DNA from: Candidatus Peribacteria bacterium RIFCSPHIGHO2_01_FULL_51_35
Lineage (GTDB): Bacteria > Patescibacteriota > Gracilibacteria > Peribacterales > Peribacteraceae
Assembly (NCBI GenBank): GCA_001787535.1
Contig: MFXP01000015.1
Span: 22,549-86,548, forward strand
DNA length: 64,000 bases
Direction: 5' to 3'
The notes under the pieces were generated by a model. It was not told the origin of the DNA, did not search any database, and was given only the letters and a program-made list of their open reading frames with translations. Each line of letters opens with the position of its first letter. The first letter of the stretch is position 1. Shown piece by piece: positions 28,541 through 37,618 of the stretch. A program made the translations under genes and the position numbers.

Positions 28541-28987
28541 ATGCATTGTCCACGCTGCAAATCTCCGGATACCGGTGTCATCGATTCCCGCCTCACAGAG
28601 GAAGGGCGTGCCGTGCGCCGGAGGCGCGAGTGCACGAAGTGCGACCACCGATTCACGACGTTCGAGCGGCAGGAGCTCTCGAACTTAATTGTCGTGAAAC
28701 GAGACGGCACGCGCGAACCATACAGCCGCACCAAACTGGAGCGCGGCATTTGGATCGCGTGCACCAAGCGTCCCGTGACACAGGATCAAATTGATAAATT
28801 ACTGACGAAGCTGGAAGAGAAGTGGGGTGCGAATAAACAGGAAGTGGCCAGCGGCACCATCGGCATGGACGTGATGAAGGAGCTGAAGAAACTGGACCAA
28901 GTGGCGTACATCCGCTTCGCTTCCGTGCACCGGGAGTTCAAAGATGTGGATGAGTTTAAACAAGAGTTGGGGAAGCTCTTTCGATAG
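28541..28987 (+). CDS. nrdR: transcriptional repressor NrdR
   Basis: MHCPRC...DTGVIDSR...RRRRECTKC zinc ribbon plus an ATP-cone; 148 aa. Confidence 0.95.
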   Translation: MHCPRCKSPDTGVIDSRLTEEGRAVRRRRECTKCDHRFTTFERQELSNLIVVKRDGTREPYSRTKLERGIWIACTKRPVTQDQIDKLLTKLEEKWGANKQEVASGTIGMDVMKELKKLDQVAYIRFASVHREFKDVDEFKQELGKLFR

Positions 28988-29060
28988 GCTGTGTTACTGA
29001 TTCCCCCAATGATTACTATGTGGCGGCATTGTATTTATTGTTTGGCGCGCCGATATCAGA

Positions 29061-29558
29061 TTACCGTAAACATTTTACGAGTTTATTCTTAATTTCACTT
29101 CGAACAATAACCCTATCTAAATACCAAGAAACCATGCTTCCATTTGGATCATCATCTTCCTCTAGTTCGAGTTGATCCTTCATTTCAAACGTTGCTTCCT
29201 CCAGCAAATCAGGAATTGCTGAAGGATTTTCTTCAAGATATTTTTCTATTGCACTATGAATAAAATTATCAACTCTGTCTCCCAAAGCCCCATCACTCAG
29301 CAGCGGTGGCATCCTTGGTAATTTGCCTTCGCCCGCAAGAAGGCTTTGGATCGAGACGGAGATGTCTCCCGCGGCCTTAAGAATATCTATGTCCTTATCA
29401 ACAGAAGATATTGCCCTTTCTGCCTCGTGGAATTGCCCCTTCGCTTCAAGCATTTCACCCCAACATAGTTTTATGAGAGCGATAGCTTGGTCCACCAAGC
29501 TTCTTGCAGAAGTTTTTGTCGCAAGAACGCCATTGATATGCTCCTGAAGATTCATCAT
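29061..29558 (-). CDS. hypothetical protein
   Basis: ORF in a clearly A+T-rich patch. The internal Met (MMNLQEH) is chosen so it does not overlap aspS. Confidence 0.35.
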   Translation of the reverse strand: MMNLQEHINGVLATKTSARSLVDQAIALIKLCWGEMLEAKGQFHEAERAISSVDKDIDILKAAGDISVSIQSLLAGEGKLPRMPPLLSDGALGDRVDNFIHSAIEKYLEENPSAIPDLLEEATFEMKDQLELEEDDDPNGSMVSWYLDRVIVRSEIKNKLVKCLR

Positions 29559-29656
29559 ATTTATTATAATTAATATAACATAATTGTCAAATACAGATAT
29601 ATCTGGATTATACAACCCCTCGCAAAAAATATTTGAGAGCTTATACTTCATGGACC

Positions 29657-31411
29657 ATGCTTCGAACCCACACCTGCGGCGAACTTCGCGTCTCCCACGA
29701 TAAAAAGGAGGCAACACTCTGCGGCTGGGTGCATCGCCGCCGCGACCATGGCGGGCTGATCTTCATCGACCTTCGCGATCGTTATGGGCTGACGCAGATC
29801 GTCTTTCACCCGGAGCAGAAAGATCTTTTTGATGCAGCGGGAAAAATCCGCCCGGAGTGGGTGCTTCGCATCACGGGAACAGTGGCAAAGCGTTTGGAAG
29901 GAGCGGAGCGAGAGACGAATCCCACGGGACAGATCGAACTCCATGCAAAAGAATTGGATGTGCTGAATCAAGCAAAGACGCCGCCGTTCGAGATCGATTC
30001 CACAACGCCCGCAAACGAAGAACTGCGCCTGCAGTATCGCTATTTGGATATGCGCCGCGAGCAAATGCAGCGCAACATCGCATTGCGCTCGAAAGTCTTC
30101 CAAATCATCCGCAAATACTTTACGGAACAAGGTTGTTTGGAGATCGACACTCCATGTCTTATTAAAGGAACGCCGGAAGGCGCGCGTGAATACATCGTTC
30201 CATCACGGTTGTATCCCGGAAATTTCTTCGTGCTTCCGCAGAGTCCGCAGCAATTAAAACAGCTTTGCATGGTGGGAGGGCTGGACCGCTATTTCCAGAT
30301 TGCACGCTGCTTCCGTGATGAAGATTTGCGTGGTGATCGTCAGCCGGAATTCCTGCAGTTGGACTTCGAAATGAGTTTCGGCGAACAGGAAGACGTGCAG
30401 AAGATCATCCAAGGCTCCATCGAAGCGATTTTAAAAGAGTGCAGCACGAAGCCATTAAAAGGCGGGAAAGTCGGCAGCTACACGTGGCAGGAAGTAATGG
30501 ATATGTATGGCTCAGACAAGCCCGACCTGCGGTTTGATCTTCCGATTACGGATATTTCTTCTCTGTGCGAAGGATGCGGATTCAAAGTGTTTGAAGATGC
30601 GCTCAAGAACAAAGGCGTGGTCCGCGCACTCCGTGTACCGGGTGGCGCAGAACTCTCCCGCAGTGAAATTGATACGTGGACGGAGCTTGCGAAGGAATTG
30701 AAAGCGAAAGGACTCGCGTACATCCTCTTTAAAGAAGAAGGTGCGCACTCGCCACTGCTCAAATTCTTCTCGGAAGGATTTGTGGAGAAGTTGCAGAAAG
30801 CCACGGGCGCGAAAGCAGGGGATGCGGTCTTCTTTGGTGCTGACAAAGTGAAGATCGTCTGCGCATCGCTCGGGCGCATCCGCGCAGAGGCAGCAAAAAG
30901 ATTTAAGTTGATCGACACCAAGGTGCATTCGCTCTTCTGGGTGACCAATTTCCCCATGTTTGAAGAGCAAGATGACGGCTCGCTGACGTTCAGCCATCAC
31001 CCATTCACGAGTCCGAACCTTCAAGAATGGAAGAACAGGAAAGAGAATCCACTGAGCGTGCATTCTATCTGCTACGACCTTGTACTTGATGGGTATGAAC
31101 TTGGTTCCGGTTCCATCCGTATTCACGACCGCGCACTACAGCAAGAAGTCTTCGATATGCTCGGCATCAGCAAAGAAGATTCCGAGAAACGCTTCGGCCA
31201 CATGCTGCGCGCATTTGAATACGGCGCTCCGCCGCATGGCGGCTTCGCCTACGGCATCGACCGCATTGTGATGATCGTAGCCGGCGAACCGAACATCCGC
31301 GAAGTGACGCCCTTCCCGAAAGATCAAAAGGCAAAAGATTTGATGCTTGGTGCGCCTTCCCCCATGCCGGATGCGCAGATGAAGGAGTTGGGGATTAAGG
31401 TAGTGGGATAA
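29657..31411 (+). CDS. aspS: aspartate--tRNA ligase
   Basis: LRTHTCGELR, FIDLRDRYG, class II motifs (FRDEDLRGDRQPEF, GGFAYGIDR); 584 aa. Confidence 0.95.
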   Translation: MLRTHTCGELRVSHDKKEATLCGWVHRRRDHGGLIFIDLRDRYGLTQIVFHPEQKDLFDAAGKIRPEWVLRITGTVAKRLEGAERETNPTGQIELHAKELDVLNQAKTPPFEIDSTTPANEELRLQYRYLDMRREQMQRNIALRSKVFQIIRKYFTEQGCLEIDTPCLIKGTPEGAREYIVPSRLYPGNFFVLPQSPQQLKQLCMVGGLDRYFQIARCFRDEDLRGDRQPEFLQLDFEMSFGEQEDVQKIIQGSIEAILKECSTKPLKGGKVGSYTWQEVMDMYGSDKPDLRFDLPITDISSLCEGCGFKVFEDALKNKGVVRALRVPGGAELSRSEIDTWTELAKELKAKGLAYILFKEEGAHSPLLKFFSEGFVEKLQKATGAKAGDAVFFGADKVKIVCASLGRIRAEAAKRFKLIDTKVHSLFWVTNFPMFEEQDDGSLTFSHHPFTSPNLQEWKNRKENPLSVHSICYDLVLDGYELGSGSIRIHDRALQQEVFDMLGISKEDSEKRFGHMLRAFEYGAPPHGGFAYGIDRIVMIVAGEPNIREVTPFPKDQKAKDLMLGAPSPMPDAQMKELGIKVVG

Positions 31412-31420
31412 GTTGTCTTC

Positions 31421-31906
31421 TTATTCAATCAACCCAGGCCTCAAAAATCCTGTAGATTGAAGGGTAAATATTGCGAGAAGCACAACAAAGAGAATAATTC
31501 GTGTCCTATCTCTCTTTTCAGCCGGGATTCTATCCATAAACGAGAATAACAAAGCTATTAAGGCATAACAAAGAAGCTCAATGCCTCCAAAAATTATCAT
31601 GCCCAATGATCCCCAAGATCCATCACCTAATGCAAAAAACATAACAACCCTAATAACTATAAGTGCTGCAATTGCAATAAAGACGTACAGCCGCTTCTTA
31701 TCCGGCGGGAATGAACTATGATGCAACGCCGAAAGAATGATGATGCCTAATGTAAGTGGCGCAAAGCCGTCAGGAGAAACCAGTAACACCAATACTTGCT
31801 TGAGCTCATTCAAACCTCCTCCGTAACCAAGAAGAAATTGAAACAGCACAAGAGGCAATAAAAGAAGTATGATGGCTGTTAAAAATGTCCTTGCAATGAT
31901 TTGCAT
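31421..31906 (-). CDS. hypothetical polytopic membrane protein
   Basis: 161 aa with 4-5 hydrophobic segments. A+T-rich. Confidence 0.45.
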   Translation of the reverse strand: MQIIARTFLTAIILLLLPLVLFQFLLGYGGGLNELKQVLVLLVSPDGFAPLTLGIIILSALHHSSFPPDKKRLYVFIAIAALIVIRVVMFFALGDGSWGSLGMIIFGGIELLCYALIALLFSFMDRIPAEKRDRTRIILFVVLLAIFTLQSTGFLRPGLIE

Positions 31907-31954
31907 AGTGCAATCTTAGAGGACATTTCGTCTAGATCAATTGCAGCCTCTTAA

Positions 31955-32015
31955 TGGTGCCCAGGAGAGGACCCTTCCTCGCTTCGCTCGTCAGGGCAGG
32001 CTTGAACCTTCACTT
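31955..32015 (-). repeat. duplicated 3' fragment of tRNA-Leu (acceptor/T-arm remnant with a ~29-nt insertion)
   Basis: TGGTGCCCAGGAGAGGAC (31955-31972) is identical to 32288-32305. A further CTTGAACCT match follows after the inserted CCTTCCTCGCTTCGCTCGTCAGGGCAGG. Confidence 0.85.
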
Positions 32016-32248
32016 TTCCATAGGCGCTCTTTCTTCTCTCGTCTCCATCCTTTGATTTCTTTTTCACGTTTTCGAGCTGAAACTCGATCGAGCCGAGGCT
32101 CCGACCAAATCAAGTGTTTCATGGGAATCTTCTTTGTGTGACTGCATGCAATTCCGGCAATGTGTTCGGAAAGACGTCTTTGAAGATTATCAGTATGCCC
32201 TACATAATAGGATCCATCTGCCAACTCTAGAATATAAACATGGAACAT
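31991..32248 (-). CDS. GIY-YIG nuclease family protein (small, stand-alone)
   Basis: MFHVYILELADGSYYVGHTDNLQRRLSEH... The start is at the internal Met; the longer track ORF would run into the tRNA. Confidence 0.8.
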   Translation of the reverse strand: MFHVYILELADGSYYVGHTDNLQRRLSEHIAGIACSHTKKIPMKHLIWSEPRLDRVSARKREKEIKGWRREKKERLWKSEGSSLP

Positions 32249-32287
32249 GGCTTGCCATGAGGAGGCCGCGTTGTCGCGGCCGACGAA

Positions 32288-32373
32288 TGGTGCCCAGGAG
32301 AGGACTTGAACCTCCAAGGGATTGCTCCCACCAGCTCCTAAGGCTGGCGTGTCTGCCATTTCACCACCTGGGC
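32288..32373 (-). tRNA. tRNA-Leu (anticodon UAG), long variable arm, CCA encoded
   Basis: The reverse complement is GCCCAGG-TG-GTGAAATGGCAGACAC-G-CCAGC-CTTAGGA-GCTGG-(long variable arm)-T arm GGTTCAAGTCC-...CCTGGGC-A-CCA. Confidence 0.9.
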
Positions 32374-32470
32374 ATGCCGAGAGAATAGCACTATGCCCGT
32401 AGTAGCTCCTGTTTTTCGCCGCTCAAATCCATGAATATCACCGTGCCCATGAACACTGAGTTTGCTTGCA

Positions 32471-32986
32471 TCATGCGACTTGGCGAGCAGCCGTATTCCC
32501 GCGTCCTGCATCCGGGCTTTCGGCTGCAATTTGATCTTTGCGTTCCACTTCATTCTCCGCCGTTTCCGCTTTGCTTTCTGCTTTTGCATTCACTGCAACG
32601 GATTCAACGGTGGGCTGAGGAGCATCGGGTTTTGTATGAGCATCCGGACCCAGCATGCCGACGACCGTCGCATCTTTTGCTGCATTCATATCAGTATCGA
32701 TATGAGCCAATCTTTTTGCTTTGTCATCAGTTTCCTTATTCGTGTCATCAAATTCCATTCGCATGCGCTCTGCTCTCTGCTGTCTTTCCAACGCTTGACC
32801 CTTTGCATGTTTCAAAAGCGCATCCGGCGACTCGTCTTTTTCTTTTTGTTCCGTCTTTTTTTCCTCCGTCATATTCTTCTCTTCTTTCTTCTCGATTTTT
32901 GTCAGTGGATCCTGCCCCGGCACTTCAATGAAGTGAAGAAGGCGATGCTCACCGAGATCATTGAAGTAATTTTGAAACAACATCAT
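32471..32986 (-). CDS. hypothetical acidic/low-complexity protein
   Basis: 171-aa ORF with a 4-nt overlap with the upstream ORF on the same strand. Confidence 0.4.
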   Translation of the reverse strand: MMLFQNYFNDLGEHRLLHFIEVPGQDPLTKIEKKEEKNMTEEKKTEQKEKDESPDALLKHAKGQALERQQRAERMRMEFDDTNKETDDKAKRLAHIDTDMNAAKDATVVGMLGPDAHTKPDAPQPTVESVAVNAKAESKAETAENEVERKDQIAAESPDAGRGNTAARQVA

Positions 32987-33333
32987 GCGGAGGGAAACAT
33001 GGCTTGATGCAAAGAATTTAAGATGCCGCCTTCCTGCTCACGATTTTCAACCTCTGCCTGCACAAACGATTGCCTGCGATAACGATGTGCCTGGGCATGG
33101 AGAGTCTCCACGTAGTCGGCATAGGCTTGATCGTAGCGCTCGAATGCAAGATCGTAACGCTGCTTGCGTACGGCGGTTTGCTCCGGTGTTTCGCCTGCAT
33201 ATTTTTGTTCAAGCATTTTTAAAGATTCCGTCGTCAGATCCGGTTCTATATGACCCATGAGAGAGTCATAGAGTTCCTGTCCCGTCGGAATGACGGGACG
33301 AGCGGGGTTTTGAAGATTTTGTTGGTTTTGCAT
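32983..33333 (-). CDS. hypothetical protein
   Basis: 116-aa ORF coupled to the downstream ORF. Confidence 0.45.
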   Translation of the reverse strand: MQNQQNLQNPARPVIPTGQELYDSLMGHIEPDLTTESLKMLEQKYAGETPEQTAVRKQRYDLAFERYDQAYADYVETLHAQAHRYRRQSFVQAEVENREQEGGILNSLHQAMFPSA

Positions 33334-33545
33334 TTCTCTTGATTATAGCAGAAATGGCGTTTAAATGCAATATACGACGAATGTGGGTGTGGGCTGTTCG
33401 CTGTGAATAACCTCACCCCCGGCCCCTCTCCTACCTGCCAATTCCATCATACAAAAACACACTGCCGACCAGGAGAGGGGTGAGTGCTGTATGCTATTTT
33501 CTTATGGTCTACGTAGAATCTCCGGCCAAACGCAGATGGCGAAAA

Positions 33546-33911
33546 ATGATCTACGCACGATTGCTGCGCAGGCGCATGACCGAAGCAGAGGCATTCCTTT
33601 GGAAAGCATTGCGATCCAGGCGGTTTGCTCACCTAAAATTTCGACGGCAGGTTCCCATCGATGTCTATATCGTCGATTTTCTATGTTGGGAATACCAATT
33701 AATTCTGGAAATTGATGGAGGCATTCACTTGTCCCAAAAAGACCGTGACCTCTTCCGTGAAGATGAGCTCGAAAAGCGAGGATTCACCATCTTACGTTTT
33801 ACAAATGAAGAAGTTCTCTCTCATCTCCATGGAGTTCTGACGACAATTGAAAATGTGATCAAACAAAAACACCAACATCCCCCTCTCCGGGTAAGCGAAG
33901 AGACCTTGTGA
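33546..33911 (+). CDS. DUF559 (Vsr-like fold) endonuclease-domain protein
   Basis: RRRMTEAEAFLWKALRSRRF...FRRQVPI..YIVDF......LILEIDGG.H......D..R...L...GF.ILRF.N.EV is the characteristic DUF559 pattern. Confidence 0.8.
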   Translation: MIYARLLRRRMTEAEAFLWKALRSRRFAHLKFRRQVPIDVYIVDFLCWEYQLILEIDGGIHLSQKDRDLFREDELEKRGFTILRFTNEEVLSHLHGVLTTIENVIKQKHQHPPLRVSEETL

Positions 33912-33976
33912 AATAAAGAGGTCGGTCGGAGATGGGTGCCCCGCGAAGCGGGGCGGGGTGAGGTTCAAACAAAACC

Positions 33977-36900
33977 TCACTCCTTCGCCTCCTCTTTTTT
34001 CTTCTCCGCCTTCTTCCGCTCCAGTCTCTTCACTTCCTCCGTCAGCGCATCCATCCACTTGCCGTCCTTTGCGAGCCTGTGCAATTCCGATTCCGCAATC
34101 CTCAATGTCGATCCGCTGATGCGCCAGCTTGCATTTTTCGCAAGCAGCTGCATGATTTCCTTTGCCGTCACGCGCCCGCCCAAGCTCAGCACAATGTCAT
34201 CATCTTCCATTTTGATGCGCTGCACGCCCGCGCGGCGACACGCGAGTTTGAGACGAAGAATGGCAAAGAGGTTCACGACTTCTTTCGGCAGTTCGCCGTA
34301 TTCGGAGTGAAGATCGGTTTCAAACTCCGCGAGGATCGCCTCATCTTCACTGCCAGCAAGTTTCTGGTACACGGAAATCTTTTCCTGTTCGTCGGGAATG
34401 TAAAAGGATGGAATGAGCGCTTCGATGGGGAGCTGAATTTCCACCGTCACTTCTTCCTCGATGGCTTCTTTTCCACCAGCCGCCAGTTCATCCACTGCGT
34501 GCTTGAGCATGCGCAGGTAATGGCTGACACCCACGGTTTGCATCGTGCCCGATTGCGAGGCTCCCAGGATTTCACCTGCGCCGCGGATCTCCAGATCGCG
34601 CATAGCCACTTGAAAGCCGCTGCCGAGCTCGCAGGCCTCGACGATGGCGCGCAGACGCTTCTTGGCATCGTCCTTGAGTTTCTGCGTGTGGTAGAGGAAA
34701 TACGCGTACGCCTGCACTTTGCTGCGTCCCACACGTCCGCGAAGCTGGTAGAGCTGCGCAAGACCGAATTTCTCGGCTTCATTCACGATCAATGTGTTTG
34801 CGCGCGGAAGGTCGATACCGTTTTCAATGATCGTGGAGCTGACGAGCACATCATATTTTCCTTCTTTGAATCCCATGATGCGCTCTTCCAACGCTTCCGG
34901 TGTCAATTGCCCGTGTCCGACGACGAATGTTGCGCCGGGAACGAGAGATCGTAATTTATCGGCGAAGGCATCGATGGTTTCCACGCGATTGTGAAGCACA
35001 AAACACTGTCCGCCGCGTTTGATCTCTGCGAGGATCGCCTGTTTTGTGAGTTCATCGGAATATTTGCGGACTTCCGTGATGATCGGGAGCCTGCCCGGCG
35101 GGGGGGTGGTGATGGCTGTGATGTCCCTGAGTTTATGCAGACCGAGATTGAGCGTGCGCGGAATGGGAGTCGCCGTGAGCGTGAGAATGTCCACGGATGC
35201 GCGCATCGCCTTGAATTTTTCTTTTTGTTTGACGCCGAAGCGTTGCTCTTCATCGACAATCACGAGTCCCAGATTCAAGAACTTGACGTCGTCCTGCAGC
35301 AACCGATGCGTGCCAATGACGATGTCCACGTCTCCTTTGCGGAGTTTCTCCAGCGTCACCTTCTGCTCCTTCTGCGAGCGGAACCGCGACAGCATGTCGA
35401 TCTTCAGATTGAATCCCTTCATACGATCTTCAAAATTGCGGAAGTGTTGATCCGCCAAGATGGTGATGGGCGCAACGACCGCCACTTGCTTCCCCGCCTT
35501 CGCCGCTTTGAACGCCGCACGCATCGCCACTTCTGTTTTGCCGAATCCGACATCACCGCAAATGAGCCTGTCCATGGGGTGCCCGCTTTCCATATCGGAT
35601 TTGATATCTTCGATTGCTTTGATCTGCCCGGGTGTTTCCTGGTACGGGAATTTTGCTTCGAACTCCTGCTGCTCTTTCGTGTCTTCGCCAAACGAATGTC
35701 CTTTGGCTTTGGCGCGTTTGGCGTAGAGATCGAGCAACTCTCGTGCCATTTCTTTGGTTTCCAGACGCATCTTCTCGGACACGCGCTTCCATTCCACGGC
35801 TCCCAGACGGGTGAGAACCGGCTCCTGGCCTTCTTCGTGCACGAACTTGCTGAGTTTGTCCGCCTGATCGACGGGAACGAATAATTTATCGCCCCCTGCG
35901 TACGTCAGTTCCAGGTATTCGCGTGCAACATTGTCGATCTCTTTCTGTGTCATCCCTTCAAAATGTCCGATACCATGATCCATGTGCACGACGTAGTCGC
36001 CCTGCTGGAGTGATGTGATGAAATCGAGTGCAAGTTTTTGGACACTGCGTTGCTTCATTGCTTTTTTGAGTGTGAAGATTTCACGATCGGTCAAAAGCGC
36101 GCACTGGAGATCCGGATTCTGCAATGAGTGGGGGAGATGATCGTCCTCGGCGGCTGCAAAAATCGTGACGGAACCCGGGCGCTGCGTATCGCCCGAGGAA
36201 TGTGCGATACGCTCCTCCGTCAAAATCTGTTCCAGTTCCTCCGCACGCTTTGTCACGACAAGCAGCGTCCATTTTTGCTGTAATTTGTCGCGCACATCGT
36301 TCAGGAAATCCGTGAGTGTGTAGAACTTGAGCACAGAGAGATACCGAAGATGCGCATGATGCTTCTGGGATTCCGGAAAGGCTGTGAATGTCAGTGTTGT
36401 GGCTCCCGTTGGCCGTGGCTCATCCTGCTGATCATCCAACACAAGCAGTGTTTTTGAAGGAAATTGATCCGCAAGCAACTCAGCATTTGCATATCGAACA
36501 GGGAAGATGACAAGTTCTGTTCCGGCATCCTCTGTTTTGGAAAGATCATGGGAATCAACGGCCAGAATTTGCTCAACTGTATCGAAATGGAAAATAATGC
36601 GGTACGGATGCGGCGATTGGATGGGGTAAATATCCAAGACATCGCCGATGCGCCTGTACTCCCCGGGGCGAAGATAGATATCATCGCCGTGGCTGTACCC
36701 GCGTTCGATGAAGAGTTCGACGGTCTCCGTGAAATTCACCTTCTTTCCTCTCAGGAGCAGAATGCTTTTCTGGAGTAACTCTTCATACCGAGGAAATGCG
36801 GTGTTCCACGTATCGCTCGTTGCAACGAAGATCGTTTCCTCTGCGTTATCCTCTCGCTTCCGATCCATAAAAAGCAGATAGGTCTGCAACTGCTCGGGGG

Positions 36901-37165
36901 AGAGTTCTCCTTTTTCATTCTCGATGGGCGCAAGCTCCTTCACATCACACTCGAAAAAGTGAAGCCACTGGCGCAGCCCTTCACTGCTCGCTTCGTTCTC
37001 CGTCACCAGCAGTGTGCGTTCCGGATAAAACGAGAGGAGATGTGAAAGAAGCAGCGCTTTTGCGGTTTCATTGGATGCGCCCGATATCACCAAATCCCCG
37101 CTCTTTTGGAGCAGATCGGCAAGTTCACGGTGCGTGTTCCTTCCCAGAAGGAGAGAGGGGATCAT
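33977..37165 (-). CDS. mfd: transcription-repair coupling factor
   Basis: 1062 aa. It has a CarD-like segment, a DEAD/DEAH helicase core (GDVGFGKTEVA, DEEQRFG) and a TRCF C-terminal domain. Confidence 0.95.
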   Translation of the reverse strand: MIPSLLLGRNTHRELADLLQKSGDLVISGASNETAKALLLSHLLSFYPERTLLVTENEASSEGLRQWLHFFECDVKELAPIENEKGELSPEQLQTYLLFMDRKREDNAEETIFVATSDTWNTAFPRYEELLQKSILLLRGKKVNFTETVELFIERGYSHGDDIYLRPGEYRRIGDVLDIYPIQSPHPYRIIFHFDTVEQILAVDSHDLSKTEDAGTELVIFPVRYANAELLADQFPSKTLLVLDDQQDEPRPTGATTLTFTAFPESQKHHAHLRYLSVLKFYTLTDFLNDVRDKLQQKWTLLVVTKRAEELEQILTEERIAHSSGDTQRPGSVTIFAAAEDDHLPHSLQNPDLQCALLTDREIFTLKKAMKQRSVQKLALDFITSLQQGDYVVHMDHGIGHFEGMTQKEIDNVAREYLELTYAGGDKLFVPVDQADKLSKFVHEEGQEPVLTRLGAVEWKRVSEKMRLETKEMARELLDLYAKRAKAKGHSFGEDTKEQQEFEAKFPYQETPGQIKAIEDIKSDMESGHPMDRLICGDVGFGKTEVAMRAAFKAAKAGKQVAVVAPITILADQHFRNFEDRMKGFNLKIDMLSRFRSQKEQKVTLEKLRKGDVDIVIGTHRLLQDDVKFLNLGLVIVDEEQRFGVKQKEKFKAMRASVDILTLTATPIPRTLNLGLHKLRDITAITTPPPGRLPIITEVRKYSDELTKQAILAEIKRGGQCFVLHNRVETIDAFADKLRSLVPGATFVVGHGQLTPEALEERIMGFKEGKYDVLVSSTIIENGIDLPRANTLIVNEAEKFGLAQLYQLRGRVGRSKVQAYAYFLYHTQKLKDDAKKRLRAIVEACELGSGFQVAMRDLEIRGAGEILGASQSGTMQTVGVSHYLRMLKHAVDELAAGGKEAIEEEVTVEIQLPIEALIPSFYIPDEQEKISVYQKLAGSEDEAILAEFETDLHSEYGELPKEVVNLFAILRLKLACRRAGVQRIKMEDDDIVLSLGGRVTAKEIMQLLAKNASWRISGSTLRIAESELHRLAKDGKWMDALTEEVKRLERKKAEKKKEEAKE

Positions 37166-37167
37166 AA

Positions 37168-37197
37168 AGAAGTAAGACTCAAGACATAAGACTTAAG
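37168..37197. repeat. left arm of a split AAGAC-word hairpin flanking the four-helix-bundle gene
   Basis: GAAGTAAGACTCAAGACATAAGACTTAAG matches the reverse complement of 37585-37613 at about 22 of 29 positions. Confidence 0.75.
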
Positions 37198-37558
37198 TTT
37201 TGTTTGTGAGTTTTTTGTAAAATGCATACAGCATACGATCGAGTTCAATGATTTTTTCAAGCACAAGCTTTATCTGCTCCTGAGAAATAAATCCTAGATC
37301 ATGAGCGGCAAGCATCTGTGTATGCAATTCCGCCAAAGACCCTTTTGCCATTAAAATAAAATTTGCAAATTCCTTTTCCGATGTTCGCTGGCTCCCCTCG
37401 GCAATATTCGACGGGATAGATATAGCAGAACGCCGTGACTGCGACGTGAGTCCGTATATTTCTTCTTTGGGAAAGGATTTGGTGACTACGTAAACCAACT
37501 TCACCAAGTCCATACCCTTTTGCCAAATTAATAACTTCTGAAAAGGCATCCCTATCAT
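37193..37558 (-). CDS. four-helix-bundle protein (23S rRNA intervening-sequence protein family)
   Basis: LLIWQKGMDLVKLVY..TKSFPKEE.YGLTSQ.RR.A.SIPSNIAEG......KEF..F...A.GSL.E..T is the family signature (TIGR02436-like). Confidence 0.85.
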   Translation of the reverse strand: MIGMPFQKLLIWQKGMDLVKLVYVVTKSFPKEEIYGLTSQSRRSAISIPSNIAEGSQRTSEKEFANFILMAKGSLAELHTQMLAAHDLGFISQEQIKLVLEKIIELDRMLYAFYKKLTNKT

Positions 37559-37584
37559 TTTTTCAACTTGAGCTGCGAGGTTGC

Positions 37585-37613
37585 TTACATCTTACATCTT
37601 ATGTCTTACGTCT
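37585..37613. repeat. right arm of the split AAGAC-word hairpin
   Basis: CTTACATCTTACATCTTATGTCTTACGTC lies ~27 nt upstream of the four-helix-bundle start. Confidence 0.75.
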
Positions 37614-37618
37614 GCCAG

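Noticed and set aside
31973-32002. Hammerhead-ribozyme-like CUGACGA...GAA in the insertion within the tRNA-Leu fragment (minus strand)
   Set aside because: The would-be stem II is only 2 bp (CG-aag-CG) and there are no flanking stems I or III, so the resemblance is most likely chance.
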